Part shown: positions 1 to 9,257 of the stretch, in pieces
How the letters are laid out: each line of letters begins with the position of its first letter
Position numbering within the stretch: the first letter of the stretch is position 1
Notes under the pieces: generated by a model
Seen by the model: the letters and a program-made list of their open reading frames with translations, nothing else
Told to the model about the DNA's origin: nothing
Databases searched by the model: none
Translations under genes and position numbers: made by a program
DNA from: an uncultured virus (IMG/VR IMGVR_UViG_3300031688_000006)
Taxonomy: Duplodnaviria; Heunggongvirae; Uroviricota; Caudoviricetes
DNA length: 64,000 nucleotides
Direction: 5' to 3' (one strand)
IMG/VR virus record: IMGVR_UViG_3300031688_000006

Positions 1-2
1 AA

Positions 3-656
3 TTCTGGCAACCGTCAGAAGAAATATTGATACTTGAAGATGGAACTAAAATACTAAACGAAGAACCTTTAAACTATGTAAGACTCGATCCATTTGATAG
101 AGATTTACATGGCGAAAAGATACTAATGGAAAATGGCGAAGGTAGTTTCTTATTAGAAGATGATACTGTACCTGAGACTAGAGAATATTTCGTAACTGAA
201 AGGTCCATTGAACTAGACAATCCTTACATGTACATGGAAGATAATTCTAGAATAGTATTCGAAGACGATGTTGTTTTGATAGACGAAGAATCTGGTGAAG
301 AAGTTCACACATTCATTCCTATTGGCCCAACATTGAAAACCCTAAATATGATTGCATTTCAAAATACTTATAGAATCGGTAGATTTATGTATTTAGAATC
401 GGGCAATACTGCTGTTAATTCTGGTGGCGTAAATACAGAATATGACAGAGAAGATGAACATAGAGTCGTAATGGAAGATGGTAGTGGTTCTATATTATCA
501 GAAGAATCGGTATCAGAAGGATTAAGTATAAAACAGATGAGTGACATGACAGGTCTTTTATATGTCAGTGAGATAAACAAAAGACAAAGAAAAAGAACTA
601 ATATTGCATTCAGTTCTTATGTTAATTCATCAAATGTTTCAAATAGTGGCCTTTAG
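3..656 (+). CDS. C-terminal part of baseplate wedge protein (gp7-like), truncated by the window edge
   Basis: Frame is open from base 3; acidic (I/L)(L/M)EDG-type repeats; immediately upstream of gp8 as in T4-like phages. Confidence 0.55.
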   Translation, partial: FWQPSEEILILEDGTKILNEEPLNYVRLDPFDRDLHGEKILMENGEGSFLLEDDTVPETREYFVTERSIELDNPYMYMEDNSRIVFEDDVVLIDEESGEEVHTFIPIGPTLKTLNMIAFQNTYRIGRFMYLESGNTAVNSGGVNTEYDREDEHRVVMEDGSGSILSEESVSEGLSIKQMSDMTGLLYVSEINKRQRKRTNIAFSSYVNSSNVSNSGL

Positions 657-660
657 GCAT

Positions 661-668
661 TATAAATA
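661..668 (+). promoter_or_regulatory. T4-type late promoter TATAAATA
   Basis: Exact gp55-dependent consensus upstream of gp8. Confidence 0.8.
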
Positions 669-708
669 ATAGAACAAATATAAAGAATAACTTGGAGTTA
701 TAAAGAAA

Positions 709-2199
709 ATGGCAGCAATAATCACAGAAAAATTCAGAACGCATAATGCGAGACAGTTCATTGAAGACTTTTCAGAAAGTAATCAGAAGAATTATGTCTT
801 CATAGGTCGTTCTCACGCATGGACAGATGACACAAGTCCTCCTGCTCCGGCAAACTCAGAATCAGAAGAAATTGGAGCATTTGAAGATATGATTGCTCTC
901 AAGGCAGTTTCTTCAACAGATATCTCACATGGACTAGTTAGATACAACTGGACAACAGGTACTAAGTATGATGAATACAGAGACAACTACTCTGCTTCAA
1001 ATACAACCAATGTCACAGGTGTTTCAAACTTCTTCGATGGAAGAGGATATGTAATTACAGACGAATTCAAAGTATACAAATGTCTAAGAACAGGCGTAAA
1101 CTCAAGTAATGTTATCATTAATTCAACTGTTAAACCAACATCTGTTTCAACAACAATACCAGAAGTAACCGCAGACACAGGCGCATCTTTAGGATATATG
1201 TGGAAATTCATGTACTCAGTTACAGCTTCAGATGTTATCAAATTTGTTACTAACGACTTTATACCAGTTAAAACATTGGGTGCTAAAACATCTGTATCAG
1301 GTTCTGGTACAAATGGTGGGTTTGGTACAACCGCAACGAATGACGGTTCTGCTCAATGGGATGTAGAAACTGCCGGTGTAGATGGCGCAATCTTTCACTA
1401 TACTGTAACCGCTGCCGGTTCTGGTTATACTAGTGGTGCAAGTACTACATTTACAGTTAATGTTCCTGTACGAGGGGACGGTTCTGGTGCAGAAGTTACT
1501 CTAAGTTTTGTTTCTGGCGTTTTAGACCAAGTATATCATCGTTCGGGTACTTCTTACTGGGGTTCAGGTTATAAAAGGGCATCATTGGCAACATTAGACT
1601 CAACAGTCACAGGCATCGCAGGTGGTTCGGCCGCTACAGTTCATATACACATGTCACCAATCAATGGTCATGGTGCAAACCCAATCGAAGAATTAGGTGG
1701 TAACTATGCAATCGTAAACTCTAGATTAGAGTTTGGCGAAGGTGGTGGAGACTTCCCAACAGACAACGATTTCAGAAGAATCGGTCTTATTAAGAATCCA
1801 GTTAAATCAGATGGTGGTACTATTTCTAACCTAGACTCAATGACTGCAACAAACTTGTTGACAGTTGATAACGCTGCTTCAATCAGTGTTGATGACCTTC
1901 TTACAGATGCCGCTTCAGAATCAGCGACTACTGCCAAAGTTAGAGTCGTATCTAAAACTAGTAACACATTAAAAACTCTACCTGTCGCAAACACAGGTGG
2001 TGAATATGTCGCATTCGCTAATAGTGATGCTGTCTATAAAGCAGGCGTAAAAGTTGCTGATGTAACAGCAAGTGGTGTTTCTGCTAGTCATCCAGAGATG
2101 ACAAGATTCACAGGTCAAATACTCTATGTTGAAAATAGAGGCGCAGTATCAAGAGCCGCTGACCAGATTGAAGATATTAAACTAATTATTGAAATGTAA
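709..2199 (+). CDS. gp8: Baseplate wedge subunit gp8
   Basis: MAAIITEKFR start, YVFIGR..W, RYNW..G..YDEY, VYKCL, YMWKFMY, GHG.N...ELGG, DFRRIGLIKNP, IEDIKLIIE end. Confidence 0.9.
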   Translation: MAAIITEKFRTHNARQFIEDFSESNQKNYVFIGRSHAWTDDTSPPAPANSESEEIGAFEDMIALKAVSSTDISHGLVRYNWTTGTKYDEYRDNYSASNTTNVTGVSNFFDGRGYVITDEFKVYKCLRTGVNSSNVIINSTVKPTSVSTTIPEVTADTGASLGYMWKFMYSVTASDVIKFVTNDFIPVKTLGAKTSVSGSGTNGGFGTTATNDGSAQWDVETAGVDGAIFHYTVTAAGSGYTSGASTTFTVNVPVRGDGSGAEVTLSFVSGVLDQVYHRSGTSYWGSGYKRASLATLDSTVTGIAGGSAATVHIHMSPINGHGANPIEELGGNYAIVNSRLEFGEGGGDFPTDNDFRRIGLIKNPVKSDGGTISNLDSMTATNLLTVDNAASISVDDLLTDAASESATTAKVRVVSKTSNTLKTLPVANTGGEYVAFANSDAVYKAGVKVADVTASGVSASHPEMTRFTGQILYVENRGAVSRAADQIEDIKLIIEM

Positions 2200-2203
2200 T
2201 ACA

Positions 2204-2223
2204 GGGAGTTTAACTCCCATTTT
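2204..2223 (+). terminator. Probable intrinsic terminator
   Basis: GGGAGTT-T-AACTCCC followed by ATTTT. Confidence 0.55.
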
Positions 2224-2257
2224 ACATTACTTTTAAATTTTTAAAGAAGAATAAACT

Positions 2258-5200
2258 ATGTCAGAAAAAACAGACTTAAATATATCACCATACTACGATG
2301 ACTACAATGAGGATAATAATTATCACAAAGTTCTATTTAGAGCAGGTAGACCACTACAGGCAAGAGAACTAACTCAGTCACAATCTATCTTACAGAACCA
2401 AATACAGAAATTTGGTAATCACATGTTCAAAGAGGGTTCGATTGTAAATGGTGCTGAATCAGATATCGATATGGATGTCGAATTCGCCAAAGTCGAGGCA
2501 GTTAATCCTAACTCTTCTGGCACCGCCGATGTCGCTACTTATCTAAGTTCTTCAGTAACTAAACTATTGCAAGGAGAGACATCTGGCGTAGTCGCACAGG
2601 TGGTAAAAACAGTTGCACAAACCGGAACAGATTCAGACACACTCATAGTAAGATACTTACAACATGGTACAGACGGAACTTCAACTACAAATCCTTCTGA
2701 GAGATTTAATGCTGCTGAAGAGTTAATTGAAGTCAATGTTAGTGCCGCTGGTGCAGTAACAAGTGCATCAAACAACAACGAATTCAAAGTAGTTTCAGCT
2801 GGGTTAACACCAGTTGGTCGTTCATCTATTGCATCTATAAGTGAAGGTGTTGTATTCTTAAGAGGATACTTTGTTAAAGTAGATGCACAAACAATCGTAT
2901 TAGAAAAGTATAATGGCAAACCTTCTTATAGAATTGGTATTGACATTAAAGAAGAAATGATTACTTCTGGTACTGATACATCTTTACTAGATAATGCACA
3001 AGGTACAACAAACGAAAATGCCGCTGGTGCAGATAGACTTAAGTTCACATTAACACTTAATAAGTATGCCGTAAGTACTACAACTGATACAAACTTTGTA
3101 GAGTTGGGCAGAGTTAGTAATGGTGTAATTGAACTAGAAGTAAAAAGACCAGTATACAATCACATAGAAAATACACTTGCACGAAGAACATTTGATGCAA
3201 ACGGTGATTTTGTATTACAACAATTTACACATTCATTTAGAGAACATTTAAACGATGGAAGTTTCAACAGAGGATTCTACGAAGCATATCAAGGCGGAGA
3301 CGAGAGTAAAGGAGTTATGCAAATATCTCCTGGTAAAGCATATGTTAAAGGTTACTCTATCGATAAAACAGGAACAACTAATCTAGAATTCAACAAGGCA
3401 AGAACATCAGAGGCGCTTACGAATGCGAACTCTCCTGCTAGATTAGGAAACAAATTAAGAATCTTCAACGCACATACTTTACCAGAGTTTGGTGATTCAA
3501 CTACTACAAATTCATACAAAGCAATTAAACTATTTGATAAGGCAGTTGCAACTCCAGGAACACTAAACGCATATGCAGATGCAAATCATGTTGGCCATGT
3601 TGGTTTTGCGAGAGTAAGAAACATAGACGAAGAGTCAACAAGTTTCAATAACTTATATCTATTCGATATTAAGATGTTTACAATGTTATCTTGTACAGTT
3701 GCAACAAACAACTTTAAGGCAGGTGATAAAGTAACAGGTGCAACATCAAACGCAACAGGTATTGTTGCATATGAAGATGCTACAAACAATCATATCATGT
3801 TACATGATGTTGTTGGTGTATTTAAAACAACAGATGCAATCTCAGTAAAAGGACAAGGTACATACAGTTCATCTTCTACAATCACTGCTATTCGTAGTTT
3901 CCAAGTAGAAGATTCTAGAAGTGTTGGTCAAACAGCAACAGATAGTGGTGAACAAAACTTCACTGCCGATGTGGCATTAGACAATGACAAAATCATATCA
4001 GGTATAAGTACAATAACCGCTGCTGGTGCAATCACTGGTTTAGGAACTGCATTCATTACAGAATTAAGAAAGGGCGATATCGTATTAGATGGCACAGGCG
4101 CAGTTCAAATAATTAGTGCTACCCCAACAAGTAATTCAGCTGCACAAACAGTTGCAACTAGTAGTGTAGGGACTGCAACCAATGTTGCATTACTTAGACG
4201 AAGAGCAAAACTTTACAATCAAGACCAATCCGCTTCAGTATTTGCATGGCCTAGAGACCATGTAAACAAAGTAACACCTACTGAAGTTACAGTCAAGTAT
4301 CAAAAAGAATTTACAGTTGGTTCTTCTGGTGAGATAACACTCACAAAAGAATCAAACGAATCATTTGAACCAAAAAATAACGATAACTATCAATTTGCAA
4401 TTGTAAAACAATCAACGAATGCATCTAGAACAAGAAACAATGGTGTAGTATTGAAAGGCGATACTGTCGCTTCAGTCAATGTGTCTTCAGGCGAAGTTGT
4501 ATTAGGTACAGCTACTGATACTGGTGCAATAGTAAGGGCGACATATACAGTAAGTCAAACTAATCCTACTGCAAAATCAAAGAACTTGAGAGAGTACCGA
4601 ACAGTAAGATTCTCTAAGAACGATGCACACTCAGATAATCCATTCTATGGAAGTGCATATGACCACAAAGAGTTATCACTTGGCGTATCAGATGTATTTA
4701 AAATTAGAGGAATATTCGAGGCAGTTCCAGGAACAGACACAAGTGGTGTTGCAACACCTCCGAACGCAGCTATAACTATAACATCGGGTTCAATTTCAAC
4801 AGGAAACGTACTTAAGGGACAAACAACGGGTGTTCGTGCCAAACTTATTGACTGGAACGGAACTGGCAATACTGCATATTTCTACTATCTATCAACTAAT
4901 ACATTCACCGCAGGTGAAACAGTTGTTGATGAGACAACAGGTGCAATTGCAACGATAACAACATTAGGAACTAATTCTCCTGATATCACAAAAAGATATT
5001 TCTTAGACAATGGTCAAAGAGATGGTTACTATGACCACGCAAAACTTGTATTAAAACAAGGACAAACAACACCAAACAATCAGATAACAGTTATCTTTGA
5101 TATGTTTACAGGTGGTTCTGGTGATTTCTACAGTGTGAGTTCATATACAAATATTGATTACAAAGATATTCCGAACTTTTCACCAAACAAAGTAGACATA

Positions 5201-8200
5201 GGTGGGTTCGAACCAGACGGACAATTTGAACTTGCAGATGCAATGGACTTTAGACCGTCTGTTGGACAATTATTTGGTAATTCCGCATTTGGTGGGGCAG
5301 GGTTCATATTCAACATTTCAAGTATACTAGATTTATCAGATTTTGGTAGTGGTGGTAACGGTGCAGGTCATTTAATATCTCCGTTTGCATTTGATGCCAG
5401 AGACTTTGAATCAAGTAGAGCAAATATATCAGGAAACTCAAGTGCTGATATTAGTACTACTCGTGCATCTTACTCAAGATGTCCTTTGCCAACTTCAATG
5501 GTCAAAGCTAACATAGAGTTCTATGTACCTAGAATAGATAAGGTATACTTACATAGAGGTGGCGCATTTGAAGTCGCACAAGGTAACCCTAGTTTAACAC
5601 CTCAAAGACCAAATTCAATTGATGATGCATTAGAAATGTTTGAGATGTTTATACCTGCATTCACTAAAAATGTAAAACAGATTCAAGTTAGTTCTAAAGA
5701 CTACAGAAGATTTACAATGGGTGACATTGGTAAGATTAATCAAAGAGTCACAAACTTAGAAAGAATTACAGCACTATCATTATTAGAAAAAGACACGCAA
5801 ACAAAACAAATACTAGATGCAGATGGTTTCGATAGATTCAAATCTGGTTTCTTAGTAGACAACTTCAGAGGCCACAAGATTGGTGATGTATCACATCCAG
5901 ATTATCATGTTGGTATCGATACTAAACTAGGGCAGTTAAGACCACAGTCAGTATCAAACTTCTTTGATATACAATTAAACACATCTCAATCAACTGGTTA
6001 TAAACAGACTGGTGATTTAATCACATTACCGTTTACAGAAGTATCATATGTAAATCAAGATAAGGCATCGAGACATCTCAATGTTAATCCATATCATGTA
6101 TTCGCATTTATAGGTAATGTTAAATTAACACCTGGTTCTGATATATGGAATGATACAGAACAGTTACCAGAAGTTAGAATAAACAGAGAAGGAAACTTTG
6201 ACGCTGTTCTCTCAGAGAATGAAAATTCACTTGGAACGATATGGAATAACTGGCAGACTACATGGGTTGGTGAACCAATTGTTACATCAACTAACGCAGA
6301 GGCGTCAGTTCCAGGTTCGTGGTCAGGTGACCCCGCTCAAGGTGGTGAATGGGTCCAAGGTACAGTTATAACAACAGAGATTACTGAAACACCAGAGATT
6401 CAATCAAGACAAGGTGTAAATACTTCAGTAGTTGAAGACTTTGTAGAAACAAGAAACGATAGAGTTGTTAGTGTTAGTGTTATACCTTTCATTAGAAGTA
6501 GAGAGATAACCGCAGTAGGAACTAACTTAAAACCAAACACAAAACACTTTGTATACTTCGATGGTATCAGAGTAGATGGTTATGTAACACCTGGTAGTGC
6601 TGATTTCTCACAAGATGGCACAACAAGTAGAGGTGTTGGGGTAAAAACAAATGGTAATGGTAAAGTAGAATGTAAGTTCTTAATACCTAATGACCAATTC
6701 CAAAGATTCCCAACAGGACAAAGGTCACTAAAAATAACATCTAGTGCATTAAATCAAAGTAATCCTGACTCATCGGGTTCAGAGATTTATCAGGCACAAG
6801 GTCTATTAAACAGTTCACAAACAGAAGTTGTATCTACTAGAAATGGTAGAGTTATAACAGAAAGATTATCAGGCGAAAGAACAATAACGAGAAAGGGCGA
6901 AAGATTAAATGTGGAAAGTGATGGTTCATTACCACCTCCTCCGCCAATTAATCCTCCGGTACCACCAGCACCAATACCGCCGCCAATATTCATTATCAGC
7001 GAACCAGTATTAGTACCTGTTCCAGTTCCGGTCCCAGTACCTGTTCCAGTTCCGGTCCCAGTACCCGTTCCAGTTCCGGTCCCAGTAACACCGATACCGA
7101 TACCAGTAACACCTCCGGTTTTACCTCCTAGGAAAAAACCACCTCAGGTGCCAGACCTATTTGAAATACCAGATAGAATATCTAGAGCTATTGCAAGAGA
7201 AGAAGGACCAGGTTGGAAAGACCCATTGGCCGAATCATTCTTAGTAGAAGCCGATGGTGGTATGTTCTTAACATCTATCGATATATACTTTAAGACTAAG
7301 GCAACTAACTTACCTGTATCAATAGAATTGAGAAACATGGTAAATGGTTATCCAGGACAGACAACTTTACCATTCTCTATTGTAACAAAGGATCCAGATA
7401 CAGTCAACATAACAGACGATGGTTCTACTGCAACAACATTCACATTTGAATCTCCTGTTTTCCTAGAAGATAAACAAGAGTATTGTTTTGTAGTATATAC
7501 AAACTCACCAGATTACGAGTGTTTCATATCCAGAATGGGCGAAACAGACTTAATCACTGGTCAAACAATATCAGGACAACCATACGCTGGTTCATTATTC
7601 TTATCGCAGAATGCATCCACATGGACAGCAGAACAAACAGACGACTTGAAATTCAATATGAAGGCTGCTAAATTCACTAGGAATTCTACTGCCAACATAG
7701 TATTTGAAAACGAACATTTACCTCCAAGACCATTACAGAATAACTCAGTTGAGACATACAGTGACCAATCATTCTTTAGAGTGTATAGTTACGCACATGG
7801 AATGTATGATACAACTTCGAATGTTGTAATATATGGTATACAAGGAGACAAAAAGAACGGTGTCTTAACAGTCGCAGTTGCATCAACGACAGGAACTCCT
7901 GCCGAGAACACTTACATCAATCAGAACCTTGGCACAACAGGTGGAACAGGAACTGGAATGAAAGTTGGTGGTTATGTTGTTAATTCTAGTAATGCTATTA
8001 CTGCATTTACAATCAGTGACCCAGGTGTTGGTTATACCGCAGCTGACACACTAACAGTAGCAGGATTAAATAATAGTGCCTCTGGTACATTTACAGTCAG
8101 TTCTGTTGGAGATACCTTAGGTGGTATTCCAGTGGCTGCAATGAATAAGGTGTTTAGTAGTCTAACTAATTATGGCATAGATTCATTTGCCTGTACACCA

Positions 8201-9049
8201 GACTTATCATCATATAATTTAGATTATAGTAACGCAGTAGAATCAACAATTGGTGGAGGCGAAAACGCATTCGCTACTACTAACATGTATTACGATGTAC
8301 TGCATACAATGATACCATCTTTAACATTTAAAGATACTACAATGTTGTCAAGTGTTAGAAGAACAGGAACAAATTCACCTGAGTCAACTGCATTAGATAC
8401 AACATACACAATGCGTTCTACTAATGATTTCATAACATTGAATGATAATAACTATTTTGAGAAACCTAGTATTATCGCATCAAGTATTAATGAACAAGAA
8501 GAAGTAACTGGTGGGCCAACTAATAAATCATTCGAGTGTAGATTACAGTTTAATACTACTAATCAGAACTTATCACCAGTGATTGATGTTGGTACTATTG
8601 GTGCATTGGGTATCATGAATAGAATCAACGATATTGATTCTGCTTCTGATTTACCAACTGCTATGCCGTACATCGATTCAACAGAACCCGATGGCGACAA
8701 CAACGCAATGGTATACATAACAAGAAAAGTTAATCTTAAGAATCCTGCAACATCTTTAAAAGTAATCGCAGATAACTTTAGACCACCTGAATCTGATTTG
8801 AAATTCATGTTTAAGATATTGAAGAATGACGAGACAACACCTATCGATGACTTAGGGTTCGAATACTTCAATACGACAGGTGCGCCAGATGTAGTAACAG
8901 AACAAGATGCAAGAAACTTTAAAGAGTATGAATATACTGCCGAAGGTCTGCCAGAGTTCACAGGTTTTGTAGTTAAAATTGTTGGACAATCAAGTAATAC
9001 TTCGATTATTCCTCTAGTGACTGCATTAAGGTGTATCGCACTTGCCTAA
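2258..9049 (+). CDS. Large virion structural protein (DUF4815/VrlC-like)
   Basis: N-terminal LNISPYYDDY..YHKVLFRAGRPLQARELTQ.QSILQNQI, DRFKSGFLVDNF and DPLAESFLV motifs of the 2000+ aa protein that follows gp8 in marine T4-like phages. Confidence 0.8.
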   Translation: MSEKTDLNISPYYDDYNEDNNYHKVLFRAGRPLQARELTQSQSILQNQIQKFGNHMFKEGSIVNGAESDIDMDVEFAKVEAVNPNSSGTADVATYLSSSVTKLLQGETSGVVAQVVKTVAQTGTDSDTLIVRYLQHGTDGTSTTNPSERFNAAEELIEVNVSAAGAVTSASNNNEFKVVSAGLTPVGRSSIASISEGVVFLRGYFVKVDAQTIVLEKYNGKPSYRIGIDIKEEMITSGTDTSLLDNAQGTTNENAAGADRLKFTLTLNKYAVSTTTDTNFVELGRVSNGVIELEVKRPVYNHIENTLARRTFDANGDFVLQQFTHSFREHLNDGSFNRGFYEAYQGGDESKGVMQISPGKAYVKGYSIDKTGTTNLEFNKARTSEALTNANSPARLGNKLRIFNAHTLPEFGDSTTTNSYKAIKLFDKAVATPGTLNAYADANHVGHVGFARVRNIDEESTSFNNLYLFDIKMFTMLSCTVATNNFKAGDKVTGATSNATGIVAYEDATNNHIMLHDVVGVFKTTDAISVKGQGTYSSSSTITAIRSFQVEDSRSVGQTATDSGEQNFTADVALDNDKIISGISTITAAGAITGLGTAFITELRKGDIVLDGTGAVQIISATPTSNSAAQTVATSSVGTATNVALLRRRAKLYNQDQSASVFAWPRDHVNKVTPTEVTVKYQKEFTVGSSGEITLTKESNESFEPKNNDNYQFAIVKQSTNASRTRNNGVVLKGDTVASVNVSSGEVVLGTATDTGAIVRATYTVSQTNPTAKSKNLREYRTVRFSKNDAHSDNPFYGSAYDHKELSLGVSDVFKIRGIFEAVPGTDTSGVATPPNAAITITSGSISTGNVLKGQTTGVRAKLIDWNGTGNTAYFYYLSTNTFTAGETVVDETTGAIATITTLGTNSPDITKRYFLDNGQRDGYYDHAKLVLKQGQTTPNNQITVIFDMFTGGSGDFYSVSSYTNIDYKDIPNFSPNKVDIGGFEPDGQFELADAMDFRPSVGQLFGNSAFGGAGFIFNISSILDLSDFGSGGNGAGHLISPFAFDARDFESSRANISGNSSADISTTRASYSRCPLPTSMVKANIEFYVPRIDKVYLHRGGAFEVAQGNPSLTPQRPNSIDDALEMFEMFIPAFTKNVKQIQVSSKDYRRFTMGDIGKINQRVTNLERITALSLLEKDTQTKQILDADGFDRFKSGFLVDNFRGHKIGDVSHPDYHVGIDTKLGQLRPQSVSNFFDIQLNTSQSTGYKQTGDLITLPFTEVSYVNQDKASRHLNVNPYHVFAFIGNVKLTPGSDIWNDTEQLPEVRINREGNFDAVLSENENSLGTIWNNWQTTWVGEPIVTSTNAEASVPGSWSGDPAQGGEWVQGTVITTEITETPEIQSRQGVNTSVVEDFVETRNDRVVSVSVIPFIRSREITAVGTNLKPNTKHFVYFDGIRVDGYVTPGSADFSQDGTTSRGVGVKTNGNGKVECKFLIPNDQFQRFPTGQRSLKITSSALNQSNPDSSGSEIYQAQGLLNSSQTEVVSTRNGRVITERLSGERTITRKGERLNVESDGSLPPPPPINPPVPPAPIPPPIFIISEPVLVPVPVPVPVPVPVPVPVPVPVPVPVTPIPIPVTPPVLPPRKKPPQVPDLFEIPDRISRAIAREEGPGWKDPLAESFLVEADGGMFLTSIDIYFKTKATNLPVSIELRNMVNGYPGQTTLPFSIVTKDPDTVNITDDGSTATTFTFESPVFLEDKQEYCFVVYTNSPDYECFISRMGETDLITGQTISGQPYAGSLFLSQNASTWTAEQTDDLKFNMKAAKFTRNSTANIVFENEHLPPRPLQNNSVETYSDQSFFRVYSYAHGMYDTTSNVVIYGIQGDKKNGVLTVAVASTTGTPAENTYINQNLGTTGGTGTGMKVGGYVVNSSNAITAFTISDPGVGYTAADTLTVAGLNNSASGTFTVSSVGDTLGGIPVAAMNKVFSSLTNYGIDSFACTPDLSSYNLDYSNAVESTIGGGENAFATTNMYYDVLHTMIPSLTFKDTTMLSSVRRTGTNSPESTALDTTYTMRSTNDFITLNDNNYFEKPSIIASSINEQEEVTGGPTNKSFECRLQFNTTNQNLSPVIDVGTIGALGIMNRINDIDSASDLPTAMPYIDSTEPDGDNNAMVYITRKVNLKNPATSLKVIADNFRPPESDLKFMFKILKNDETTPIDDLGFEYFNTTGAPDVVTEQDARNFKEYEYTAEGLPEFTGFVVKIVGQSSNTSIIPLVTALRCIALA
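6931..7150 (+). repeat. Pro-rich / (PV)n low-complexity insert built on a 24-nt tandem unit
   Basis: PPPPPINPPVPPAPIPPP...PVPVPVPV; unit CCAGTTCCGGTCCCAGTACCYGTT repeated from 7022. Confidence 0.9.
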
Positions 9050-9257
9050 GATAATACAGAAAGTGGAAGGATTTTCAGACCTAATTAGGGATGAAACCTC
9101 TCACGCTATTGTCAATACGAATGATGAACAGTATAGATTGACAATTAGAAGAAGAGAGTTAATGAGAACTCAAAAGAATGAAATAAATACTCTTAAGATA
9201 GAGATAACAGAAATTAAAAACTTATTAAAAGATATAGTAGAGAAATTACATGGCTAA
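9042..9257 (+). CDS. Small conserved phage protein with C-terminal coiled coil
   Basis: KVEG..DLIRDE.S.AIVN motif, typical of the gene downstream of the DUF4815 gene. Confidence 0.65.
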   Translation: MPKIIQKVEGFSDLIRDETSHAIVNTNDEQYRLTIRRRELMRTQKNEINTLKIEITEIKNLLKDIVEKLHG

